Shown: positions 9,767 to 18,549 of the stretch, piece after piece
Numbering within the stretch: the stretch's first letter is position 1
Layout: the number at the start of each line of letters is the position of its first letter
NCBI GenBank assembly: GCA_027064245.1
Contig: JAMOPZ010000424.1
Coordinates: 1 to 32,623 of the forward strand
Origin: Campylobacterales bacterium
GTDB taxonomy: Bacteria > Campylobacterota > Campylobacteria > Campylobacterales > Arcobacteraceae
Length of the DNA stretch: 32,623 nt
Direction: 5' to 3'
Program-made: the position numbers and the translations under genes
Notes under the pieces: generated by a model
What the model was told of the DNA's origin: nothing
The model's input: only the letters and a program-made list of their open reading frames with translations
Databases searched by the model: none

Positions 9767-10436
9767 GGTTATCCTTATGTATATGTAAAAGTTCTGCTAG
9801 TTTAAAATCTTCTGGTTCATCTATATCTACAGCTTCAAGCTTATTTACCTCAAATATTTGTGGTTTTAATCCGATTCGTTTATTTCCTGAGTTTTTAAAA
9901 GACTCTTTTGAAAAAATATAAAAATTAGAGTTTTCTTCATACATTGGTTCTAAATCTTGTGTTCGCAAAAGCTCTTCTGGATTATGATTTATAGGATTTG
10001 CATCTTTATCATAAAATCTTGTTTGTACTTTTGTCACGCCAAATACAGAATCAAACTCTTCTAAGTTATCAAAAAAAAATTCTATTGCTTTGTCTATAGT
10101 CTCTGTTCTTAAAAGTGGGTTAGTACTATGTGTTTGAATGAAATATTTACCATCAAGTTTATTTAAATCATAAGCAATAATATCATTCATGGATACAAAA
10201 TCACCTTGTATTTCCATTGGTCTGTCTGTTATTATAATTTTATTACAAAATAGCTCTTTGGCATCTTTAGCTATTATTTGGCTATCTGTATTTATAACTA
10301 CCGATTCTATATATTTTGATGCTAGAAGTGACTTTGTGATTGCATGATATAGTGGTTCTCCATCAAAGTTTTTCATATTTTTATTTGGTACTCGTTCTGA
10401 GTTGCCTTTCATTGGTAAAAGTGCTATTAGTCTCAT
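9750..10436 (-). CDS. Acylneuraminate cytidylyltransferase family (NeuA/KdsB-like CMP-ulosonate synthetase)
   Basis: PMKGNSERVPNKN, NTDS, THSTNPL, RTQDL, EENS, DIDEPEDF. Confidence 0.88.
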   Translation of the reverse strand: MRLIALLPMKGNSERVPNKNMKNFDGEPLYHAITKSLLASKYIESVVINTDSQIIAKDAKELFCNKIIITDRPMEIQGDFVSMNDIIAYDLNKLDGKYFIQTHSTNPLLRTETIDKAIEFFFDNLEEFDSVFGVTKVQTRFYDKDANPINHNPEELLRTQDLEPMYEENSNFYIFSKESFKNSGNKRIGLKPQIFEVNKLEAVDIDEPEDFKLAELLHIHKDNHELKT

Positions 10437-13400
10437 ATAAGTCTCGTTAAGTTTTCTAGTAATAATTTTTCATCTGGAGCATCTTTAAAAGCTATCAAAT
10501 TTCCCCAACCTAAAGAGTCTATTAACTGATTTTCATATTTAAAAAATCTTTTCCAATCATGACGGATTCCATACCTAACGATTGGGTACCATTCACTAAC
10601 ATATACAGTATAACCTTTATCCATTAAAAAATTTATCATATCCATAACATTGTATCCTAAAGAGATAGTCTTTGAATTTTCAAATTCACACTCTATCACT
10701 GTTGGTTTGCTAAACTTCCAAGGGAAACCTTTAAGAACCATAAGGTCATAACCCTCTGTACCAATTTTAAGAAAATCAACTTTAACAATATGATTTATTT
10801 TCATTTCATATTCTAGTGTTGTGCTAAAAACATTATCAGTCTTTTTATGTCCCTTTGTGAATGATGATAGTCCACTTATTCCACTACTTTCTTCAGATGT
10901 AAAAAAGTCCAGTTCTTCATCTTGTACATTTGACACAGCTTTGTCTGAAATAATAAGGTTACTATATCCCATTAAATTATTATCTAATTCTTTCCGATTG
11001 TTTACATCAGGTTCATAAGCATAAACTTTCCAATCTTTTTCTAAAAACATTCGAGAAGAAGAACCATGATGGGCACCTACATCAATCATTAATCCAGGCT
11101 TCATACTTTCAAAATACTTGCTAACTAGTAAAGTTTCATCAAGAGATACCTTACTATCACGAGTAAATGGACCATTTAAATTATTTTCTTTACTCTCTCG
11201 AGAATCAACATCTAGTCTTTTAATACTTCGTGCCTCTCTTGTTAAATCGACCTGATAACACCTATTTTCATCAATATCTAAAGAGTTTATAATTTCTTCT
11301 TCTCGTCCTAGCACACTGATTACAAGCAAAGAAAAATTATAATTTTTAATATTTGATGGATGAGAGACTTGAGCAATATCAGATTCCGCAGTAACATCTT
11401 TATCAAAAATCACAACAACTTGATCTGGGAGTTCTCTTGCAATAATTTGCCCAACTAATCCATTTCCATATATAGCTAATTTACATTTTTCTTCTTTTAA
11501 TTTATTAATATATGTAAATAATATATTCATTTTTAATGTAAAATCATAATTAACATTAATCATATTAGTATTCGCTCCCTTAAATTTTAAATTATCTTCT
11601 CTTCTCACTTTAATTTCTAGCTCTACTTGCTTAAAATTCTGTTTAATATCTATAAACCTTTTATGTAGTGCAGGAATATATGAATCTGTAATTGAACAGT
11701 ACACTTTGCTATGTTTTTCCCCAAATAATATTAAATTTTCTAAAATAGAACAATGCTCATCATAATAATCATTATAGTCTCTATCTCTAAAAAAAGATGG
11801 GTGTGTTCTAAATGCATCCTCCATTAAACTATCATATTGAGCGCTTGAACTATGTTTCCAAAAATATTTTTCATCATTTTGACGACCATCCGCTCCCATT
11901 ATAAAAATAGTGTCTGATATACTTGAGGCAAGTGGTATCATAAATAGTGTTAATATATTTGATGTTGACTTAACAAAAAAGTCTTCTTCAGAGGGAAAAT
12001 TTAAATTTATACGAGAAGGAATACCTATAATTTTATCTTTTAATTCTGGATAATGCATCAACATAAGTGGAACATTGATTTCATTAATTACTAAATATGT
12101 ATAATACTTTTCAACAAGCTTTAAAACATCCTTTCTAAACTCTTGTGCATATTTTGATGGTCCAAAATGAAAAACAGGATCTCCAAATGTTAATGCATCT
12201 ACTCTACCCAGCTTATTTAAGAACTTTTCATTTTTCACAAGACTATTACAAATCACTTTTAGTGATTTTGCTGAAAAATCAAATTCTTTATAAGAATCAA
12301 AAGTTGGGCCAGTTGTAAAACAATAAGCTTCTTCCCTATCTTTATTTTTTCGTTTAAAATCTCTAAAGTTATGTTTTGAAACTTCACTGAACTCAATTTG
12401 CTTAGCTTTATTTATCGTTTTATAATAAAGATTTCTTAATGTCTCCGCTTCTATATCTGAATAATATTCAGAATCAATTATTTCTACACCGTTAAATTCA
12501 TCAAAATCATCAATATCTTTTAGTGAAGTAACATCATGAATTAACAGTACACTGCCTATTCTATATTTTTTTATTTCACTATTTGTAATAAATGAAATAT
12601 ATTTATATTTTTCTTTATATGCACTAAAAGAAGAGAAGTTTAATTGTTTTGGAATTATAAATACTAATGATACATTACCATCATCAGGTAAAGAGAATAA
12701 CAACTTATTCAACAAATCTTCAAACTGCTCAATACTGCTTAAACTAGGATAAACCAAATGTTTAGATCTAATATTAGTTTCATATTTTTTTTTAAAAGGC
12801 TTTAACACTTCTAATAATTTATTATAATTTTTCTTTTTTTCTGCTATAAATACAAAATTTTTATCTTTATATGCTTCGTGTTGATTTAACAATCTACTCT
12901 CCTTGAACTTTTCAAACATCTCTTCAACTGTAAAATTACTTTTAAAAATTTTACAATTTTTCTTTATTTTAAAGTTGTTTATTTTTTGCTCTGCAATTAT
13001 AATTTTATTTATCAATGATTTACTACAGTTGTTTTTAAAAATAAATCCATTTTTTAATATCTTCACCTGATCGGACATCCATGTACCAACTGTTGTAATT
13101 ACAAGCTTATCCATCCAGACAGAGTCAATAAAAATACCTGATGTCTGTACAGGATAATATTCATTTAAATATGGGATAATAACTATATCACTTTTAATAA
13201 ATAATTCTCTGTATTCACCTTCTTCTAAATATTCATCTATCAAAAGTACATTCTCATCAGACCTTAAAGTAGCTATATTATCTTTAAACTCTTGGTTAGT
13301 ATACTTATTATTAATTCTTACAGTATATGTAAAATGATTAGAGAAGTATTTATATACTTCATAAAATAAATGAAATCCATACTTATAATCGGCATATCCA

Positions 13401-14080
13401 AAAAAGGATAAAGTAATTTTCTCTTTATTTTGTTTTACTGTTAATTTACTATTAATATCCATCTTAAAATGTAATGGAATTGGAAAACTTTGGATCTTTT
13501 TATCAAAATATTTTTGATAAATACTAGCTGCTCTACTTGAGTCTATATGTAAAAATATATTATTAGAATGGTTTAAACGATTGATTTCTTGAAGACTCTT
13601 TAAAGCAATTGGAGAATTATTTTGCTCTAAAATATCATGATTTAAATAAAAAAGCACCAAATGCATATCTATATTTTTATAGTTAATTTTTTTATACATT
13701 TCCATTAAGATTAATATATGAGAAGTATGACAAGTATACATATAGATCGTTATATTTGCATACTTATCTCTTAACGCTAACAAATTATTAAATATATCAC
13801 TAACTTTATTTTTAAAATCAGAAAGGTGTTTAATAATCACTTCGCTATCCATTACTCTTTCATCTAAGAATGCATTGTATTTAAACACAGGAGAAAGATT
13901 AAATAACCTTTTATCTTTCTCTGAAATATTTATATTTACATAATGCTGAACATCAATTGATTTATTCGTCGCATATGACTGTATTTTATTAGCAAAATTT
14001 CTATAATGACCTACTTCACTCATAAAGCCTGGGTCAAGATATACAAATAATTCTCTTTCCATCTTATTATTATCTTTCAA
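10433..14080 (-). CDS. Multidomain glycan enzyme: GT-B (GT4-like) + Maf/DUF115-like transferase + LGRE module + FkbM methyltransferase
   Basis: TTG start with SD AAGGGGG. N-terminal GH, KYGF, SDIVIIPY..QTSGIF; central FTTGPTF..CNS..IFIMGADG; YGNG..SVLGRE; C-terminal IDVGAHHG, YEPD, FLKIGTEGYD. Confidence 0.75.
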   Translation of the reverse strand: MKDNNKMERELFVYLDPGFMSEVGHYRNFANKIQSYATNKSIDVQHYVNINISEKDKRLFNLSPVFKYNAFLDERVMDSEVIIKHLSDFKNKVSDIFNNLLALRDKYANITIYMYTCHTSHILILMEMYKKINYKNIDMHLVLFYLNHDILEQNNSPIALKSLQEINRLNHSNNIFLHIDSSRAASIYQKYFDKKIQSFPIPLHFKMDINSKLTVKQNKEKITLSFFGYADYKYGFHLFYEVYKYFSNHFTYTVRINNKYTNQEFKDNIATLRSDENVLLIDEYLEEGEYRELFIKSDIVIIPYLNEYYPVQTSGIFIDSVWMDKLVITTVGTWMSDQVKILKNGFIFKNNCSKSLINKIIIAEQKINNFKIKKNCKIFKSNFTVEEMFEKFKESRLLNQHEAYKDKNFVFIAEKKKNYNKLLEVLKPFKKKYETNIRSKHLVYPSLSSIEQFEDLLNKLLFSLPDDGNVSLVFIIPKQLNFSSFSAYKEKYKYISFITNSEIKKYRIGSVLLIHDVTSLKDIDDFDEFNGVEIIDSEYYSDIEAETLRNLYYKTINKAKQIEFSEVSKHNFRDFKRKNKDREEAYCFTTGPTFDSYKEFDFSAKSLKVICNSLVKNEKFLNKLGRVDALTFGDPVFHFGPSKYAQEFRKDVLKLVEKYYTYLVINEINVPLMLMHYPELKDKIIGIPSRINLNFPSEEDFFVKSTSNILTLFMIPLASSISDTIFIMGADGRQNDEKYFWKHSSSAQYDSLMEDAFRTHPSFFRDRDYNDYYDEHCSILENLILFGEKHSKVYCSITDSYIPALHKRFIDIKQNFKQVELEIKVRREDNLKFKGANTNMINVNYDFTLKMNILFTYINKLKEEKCKLAIYGNGLVGQIIARELPDQVVVIFDKDVTAESDIAQVSHPSNIKNYNFSLLVISVLGREEEIINSLDIDENRCYQVDLTREARSIKRLDVDSRESKENNLNGPFTRDSKVSLDETLLVSKYFESMKPGLMIDVGAHHGSSSRMFLEKDWKVYAYEPDVNNRKELDNNLMGYSNLIISDKAVSNVQDEELDFFTSEESSGISGLSSFTKGHKKTDNVFSTTLEYEMKINHIVKVDFLKIGTEGYDLMVLKGFPWKFSKPTVIECEFENSKTISLGYNVMDMINFLMDKGYTVYVSEWYPIVRYGIRHDWKRFFKYENQLIDSLGWGNLIAFKDAPDEKLLLENLTRLI

Positions 14081-14221
14081 TATTTACCCCCTTAGGTAGA
14101 TAATTTATTTACTCTTACAAAAAATCATAAAAGTATAATAATTTTTTCTTTCTTCTGTGCTCAATATCTTATCTAATTGACACAAAATTATTTACAGTTC
14201 TATGGCTTTAGATTTTCCTAA

Positions 14222-14264
14222 ACTTAGTATATTTTTAGTCAAATTATATCAAAATATACTAAGT
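14222..14264. repeat. Perfect 14-bp inverted repeat (ACTTAGTATATTTT / AAAATATACTAAGT) with 15-nt spacer
   Basis: Arms 14222-14235 and 14251-14264 are exact reverse complements, located in the only large intergenic gap. Confidence 0.85.
14243..14251 (-). promoter_or_regulatory. Putative extended -10 promoter (TGATATAAT) for the 14080->5441 sub-operon
   Basis: Minus strand reads TTGATATAATTT, a TGnTATAAT match typical of Campylobacterota sigma70 promoters; it lies within the inverted repeat. Confidence 0.55.
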
Positions 14265-14312
14265 GATTAATAGATAAAAGGTGAATTTACTCAGTCTATT
14301 TTACAGTCTTAA

Positions 14313-15248
14313 TTAACTACTACTCAGGTCAAATGTTAGTATCTTATCTCTTTCAATACCAAGTTCATAAGTAAGATACTTGATTATACTATCTTCTCTG
14401 CCAAGAACACTTATAATAATTTTATCATACTTCAAATTTTTTAAGTTTATTGGATGGTTTTTCTCATCTTCTATATCTACATACCCTACTATTATTTCTG
14501 GTATTAAGGCCTGTATCATTTTTCCTACAGTACCATTTCCATAGATAATATATTGATTAGAGTACTCTTTAAATTCATTTATTTGATCAAATATTTTATT
14601 AAAACTATTTGAAAAGTCAAGAGACTTATTTCGATTGTTAACTATTATCCTTGCAAGCAGCATATGATTTGATTGTGGTTGATATGTATTATTAAACTCA
14701 TCATTTATTAATTTTTCAAAAAAAACATCTGAGTTGAAACTAGATGCATTTTGTATTATCCATTCAATATCTCTATCCCACCATTCAAACTTCTGTAAAA
14801 GTTTTATCTTAGATTCATCAAATCTATATCTTATGATTTTTGCAGGATTTCCAGCAACTATAGAATAAGGTAAAACATCTTTAGTTACAACTGAACCAGC
14901 ACCTATAATCGCACCATTTCCAATTTTTATTCCATCTAAAACAATCACATTCCTACCAATCCAGACATCGTTACCTATTACACTATGCTTATATTCTTGA
15001 AATAATTGTTCATGAACAAATGAAATATTACACCCTATATTATTAGAAGCAAAAAATGCTGGATACGTTGATACAAATTCATTTACTGGGTGAGAACCAA
15101 TTCCAATTATAACACCACTTGATATTGAACAAAATTTTCCAATATCGACATTCTGAAATGAACAATCTTCACCATAATATGTAAACTTATCAACTACAAC
15201 ATTTTGATTAACTATTTCAAATCTTTGGAATACTTTTTTTGCTTCCAT
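14313..15248 (-). CDS. CatB/Vat-like hexapeptide O-acyltransferase with C-terminal LGRE module
   Basis: IGKFCSI, HP...STYP, IGNDVWIG, IGNGAIIGAGSVVTKDV, GNPAKIIRYRF, WWD; SD AAGGAG. Confidence 0.85.
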   Translation of the reverse strand: MEAKKVFQRFEIVNQNVVVDKFTYYGEDCSFQNVDIGKFCSISSGVIIGIGSHPVNEFVSTYPAFFASNNIGCNISFVHEQLFQEYKHSVIGNDVWIGRNVIVLDGIKIGNGAIIGAGSVVTKDVLPYSIVAGNPAKIIRYRFDESKIKLLQKFEWWDRDIEWIIQNASSFNSDVFFEKLINDEFNNTYQPQSNHMLLARIIVNNRNKSLDFSNSFNKIFDQINEFKEYSNQYIIYGNGTVGKMIQALIPEIIVGYVDIEDEKNHPINLKNLKYDKIIISVLGREDSIIKYLTYELGIERDKILTFDLSSS

Positions 15249-15251
15249 ATA

Positions 15252-16430
15252 TCACTCCTTATATTCTACAATTAAATTATTATCTAAACCTATAATATTA
15301 ATTAGGTAATCTTTAATAGTATTTTCACGTCCTAGTACAGAAATGAAAATAATATCATACTCTATAGTATTTAAGACACTTGGGTGATATGATAATCCTT
15401 TATCAACATATTTAATTTTCTTAGAATCTGTTTCTAAAATAGCCTTTACATTATCACCTAAAATCATTTGTGCTATTTTTGCACCACTTCCGTTTCCATA
15501 AACAATAATATTTTCAAATTTACCTTTTAATTCTTTTAAAAAAAGAAAATATTTACTTACTTTAGATGAAAATTCTAAATTACTTAATTTTATATCACTC
15601 CTAGGTTTAACTACAACTGGCTCAACTGGTAAAAACTGATAAAAGTCATTATTTATTTCTAGCAGATATTTTTCATACTCTTTATCAAATAGCTTTGTAT
15701 ACTCAACTTTTGGAAAAGTATCTACATATGTGCTACTATTTGAATTTGCATTATAAATATTCTTTTTTAAGCTATGTAATATCTTATATTTATGAAATAT
15801 CTTTGCATGTCTTCTCATTTGGAATTCAGAATCAATATTATGTGCTTCACAAACTTCTTGAGCACTTTTTTTAAAGTGCTTTTGTAGTTTTTCTACCTTA
15901 AAAGAGTAATTATAAAGCCCATTAAACCAATCATGATCAAAACCGAGCAAAAAAATCTCCTTAAATCCTAAATATAGAGCAATATATATCGCACTTTCAG
16001 AAACAGATGAAATGTTAGGCATAGAGTCTAAACTTAAGTCTGTGATCTCTTTATTATCCCACTGTTTATACTCGTTCCAAACAATCTTTTTATTTATAAA
16101 TATTTTATACTTATCTATATATTTTTTATCTCCTATATGAAAGAATAAGACTATGTCATCAGATAAATTTTTATCCATATCTTTTAAATAAGAAATAAAT
16201 TTATCCTCACTATGATAATGGCTATGATATGCAAAAACAGGAGGATTAACATAATATTTTGGGTTTACCGTATTAATATCTTTATGGTTAAATAGACCAC
16301 TTACCCCAATTACAGTTTCATCTTTCAAAAGAGTTAAATCTTGTTTTTCAGTAGACGGACCAGTAGCTAAGATAAAACATCTTTTACCTTTTTCTGCATT
16401 TTTTAATTTACCTAGCTCAAACAAATTCAT
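15252..16430 (-). CDS. Maf/DUF115 (MptE-like) putative ulosonic-acid transferase with C-terminal LGRE module
   Basis: RCFILATGPS, SV...AIYIALYLGFKEIFLLGFDH, IYNA, FPKV motifs. Confidence 0.7.
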   Translation of the reverse strand: MNLFELGKLKNAEKGKRCFILATGPSTEKQDLTLLKDETVIGVSGLFNHKDINTVNPKYYVNPPVFAYHSHYHSEDKFISYLKDMDKNLSDDIVLFFHIGDKKYIDKYKIFINKKIVWNEYKQWDNKEITDLSLDSMPNISSVSESAIYIALYLGFKEIFLLGFDHDWFNGLYNYSFKVEKLQKHFKKSAQEVCEAHNIDSEFQMRRHAKIFHKYKILHSLKKNIYNANSNSSTYVDTFPKVEYTKLFDKEYEKYLLEINNDFYQFLPVEPVVVKPRSDIKLSNLEFSSKVSKYFLFLKELKGKFENIIVYGNGSGAKIAQMILGDNVKAILETDSKKIKYVDKGLSYHPSVLNTIEYDIIFISVLGRENTIKDYLINIIGLDNNLIVEYKE

Positions 16431-16443
16431 CCTTCTATCTTAC

Positions 16444-17184
16444 TTAAATTATTTTATATGATTTTAAATCATCAATACAATCAACTTCTATCCAACCACC
16501 ATCAATAAATACCGGCTTTATATCAGTTAAATTATCAATAATAATTTGAATAAAACTTGTCATATACATATTGTCAAAATTTTGTTTATCATACTCATTT
16601 TCTTTATCTAATTGCTGATATAACTCAATAACTTTATTCACAATTTTTTTAGAAATCTTAATCAAACCAATATATTGACCTTCAATATCAGTATAGTCAT
16701 TTGGTTTTTTACCAAGTTCTATTATCTTTCTATCTTTTATCTTTAATGTTTCTGCATCTTCAAGTGGATTTTCCATTCTTTGGCTCCAGAGCTCTCTCCA
16801 TTTTCTATCCACTACTACACTAAAATCACTATCACTCTTAAGAAGTTTTTCTAAAACTTCTTTATTATAGACAATATCAGCATATGATATTATCAAATCA
16901 TCATCCATAAAATCTTTTGCACAAAATAGAGTTGAAACCATATTTGTTTTATCAAAATTATTATTTGTATAAAAAGCTAAACTTTCATCCTTTAAATACT
17001 CTTCTAATACATCTTTTTTATAACCATTTACAATAGCAATATTAAAAATACAACTCTCTTTCATAACTTCTAATATATAATCTATTATCGGTTTATTTTG
17101 ATACTCAACCATACATTTAGGTTTATCACTCGTAAGAGGTCTTAGTCTTGTCCCTTGTCCCGCTGCTAAAATTATTGCTTTCAT
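16444..17184 (-). CDS. Nucleotidyltransferase, probable CTP:phosphoglutamine cytidylyltransferase (Cj1416-like)
   Basis: MKAIILAAGQGTRL..KPKCMV, TNMVSTL, SYADI, W..RMENPLEDAETLK, GQYIGL, NMYMTSF, WIEVD; context in phosphoramidate cassette. Confidence 0.82.
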   Translation of the reverse strand: MKAIILAAGQGTRLRPLTSDKPKCMVEYQNKPIIDYILEVMKESCIFNIAIVNGYKKDVLEEYLKDESLAFYTNNNFDKTNMVSTLFCAKDFMDDDLIISYADIVYNKEVLEKLLKSDSDFSVVVDRKWRELWSQRMENPLEDAETLKIKDRKIIELGKKPNDYTDIEGQYIGLIKISKKIVNKVIELYQQLDKENEYDKQNFDNMYMTSFIQIIIDNLTDIKPVFIDGGWIEVDCIDDLKSYKII

Positions 17185-17927
17185 ATCTTATATTCCAAAT
17201 TATTTCTACTTGCTATAAAAAAATTATTTTTTATACTTTTTTTATTATAAACTAGCTCTTTGTTAGTTTCAATATCAATTAACTTACACCCTGCTTCATT
17301 TGCAATAATATGAGAAGCTGCTGTATCCCACTCTTTTGTACCATTTAACCTAGGGTAAACATCTATTTCCCCATTTGCCAATTTACAAATTTTTATTGAT
17401 GAACCAAACCTTTTAATATTTTGTATATTATTTTTTTCAAAAAAATATCTTGTCATTTGAGTTGAGTGAAAATTACTATCACCTCCAATCAAGTTTTTTC
17501 TACAAGAGTTGTTATATATTTTAATTCCATTTTTGAAAGCTCCTTTATCTTTAGAAGCATAATAGACATCATTAGTTACAGGAATATAGACTACACCTAA
17601 AATTGGTTTTTTATTCTCTATCAAAGCTATATTTATTGTAAAGTCATCATTTTTTGCTATAAAGTCTTTTGTTCCATCAAGAGGATCAACTAACCAAAAA
17701 AATTTCCAGTTTTTTCTTATTCCATATTCTATAGGTGTTTCCTCTGTAACTACTGGGTACTCTGATATTTTATTCAATCCTTCAATAATAATTTTGTTTG
17801 CTATTAAATCTGCTTTTGTTACAGGAGAATTATCATCTTTATTTTCTATATCAAAATTTTCTCTTTGATAAATTTTTATGATCTCTTTACTGGCTTTTTT
17901 CACTATCTCTATAACTTGTTCAATCAT
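17181..17927 (-). CDS. cysQ: 3'(2'),5'-bisphosphate nucleotidase
   Basis: KDDNSPVTKAD, TEE, WLVDPLDGTKDF, GSSIK, YPRL..T.EWDTAA..I..EAG. Confidence 0.9.
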   Translation of the reverse strand: MIEQVIEIVKKASKEIIKIYQRENFDIENKDDNSPVTKADLIANKIIIEGLNKISEYPVVTEETPIEYGIRKNWKFFWLVDPLDGTKDFIAKNDDFTINIALIENKKPILGVVYIPVTNDVYYASKDKGAFKNGIKIYNNSCRKNLIGGDSNFHSTQMTRYFFEKNNIQNIKRFGSSIKICKLANGEIDVYPRLNGTKEWDTAASHIIANEAGCKLIDIETNKELVYNKKSIKNNFFIASRNNLEYKI

Positions 17928-18549
17928 TAAAAAAATCTTTTATTAAGTTTAATTCATTATTATTAAAAGGCTCTACTCTTTCAGAGTGCCACATTTGAGC
18001 AAATATTTTATACTTTTTATGCTCTATTGCTTTTATTATTCCACTCTCTGAAGTTGCTGAAATAATCAACTCATTCGAAATATTATCAATACTATAGTTA
18101 TGAAAAGAATTAACTTTGTTTAACTGATTTAAGTATGTAAAATACTTAGAGTTCTGAGTTACTTTTAATTGATGTTCTATATTTACTTGCCCTTTAATTC
18201 TTCTAAAAGTACTTCCAAAATATTGTGCAATAATTTGCATTCCACGACATACTCCAAAAATTGGAATACAATTTTTAATTGCGTAACTTATCAACCTCTT
18301 TTCAAATTCATCTCTTTTTTTGGATAGCCTATTTTCATTTAAACTATTTAAATCATTACCGCCTGTTAACAAAATACCATCTATTTTAAACTCTTTAAAA
18401 TAATTTTCAAAATTATATTCATATGGTAAAATTATTGGTAATAAGTTTATCTCTTGAAACAATTTTCCCCAAGATATATCAAGCATCTCTCTTTGCTCAA
18501 AATAAGTTTCATTATCAGCCAATCTTTGAGTTATAAATATTTTCTTCAT
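17920..18549 (-). CDS. Gamma-glutamyl-CDP-amidate hydrolase (Cj1417-like; peptidase C26/class I GATase)
   Basis: ITQRL..N.TY.E.R..L...W, LTGGND, RD.FE, GVCRGMQ, VNSFH, MWHSER. Confidence 0.85.
   Translation of the reverse strand: MKKIFITQRLADNETYFEQREMLDISWGKLFQEINLLPIILPYEYNFENYFKEFKIDGILLTGGNDLNSLNENRLSKKRDEFEKRLISYAIKNCIPIFGVCRGMQIIAQYFGSTFRRIKGQVNIEHQLKVTQNSKYFTYLNQLNKVNSFHNYSIDNISNELIISATSESGIIKAIEHKKYKIFAQMWHSERVEPFNNNELNLIKDFFND

Noticed and set aside
10071-10079. A9 homopolymer as a phase-variation tract (also A8 at 2943-2950)
   Set aside because: Such runs are expected in very AT-rich DNA, the frames are intact, and no long poly-G/C contingency tracts were seen.
14177-14218. Plus-strand TTGACA and TGGC as sigma70 -35 or sigma54 -24 elements
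   Set aside because: No matching -10 or TTGC at the correct spacing, and no plus-strand gene downstream.
14313-15248. Chloramphenicol/streptogramin resistance gene (catB/vat)
   Set aside because: The fold is shared, but the glycan-locus context and the LGRE module indicate a sugar O-acyltransferase.
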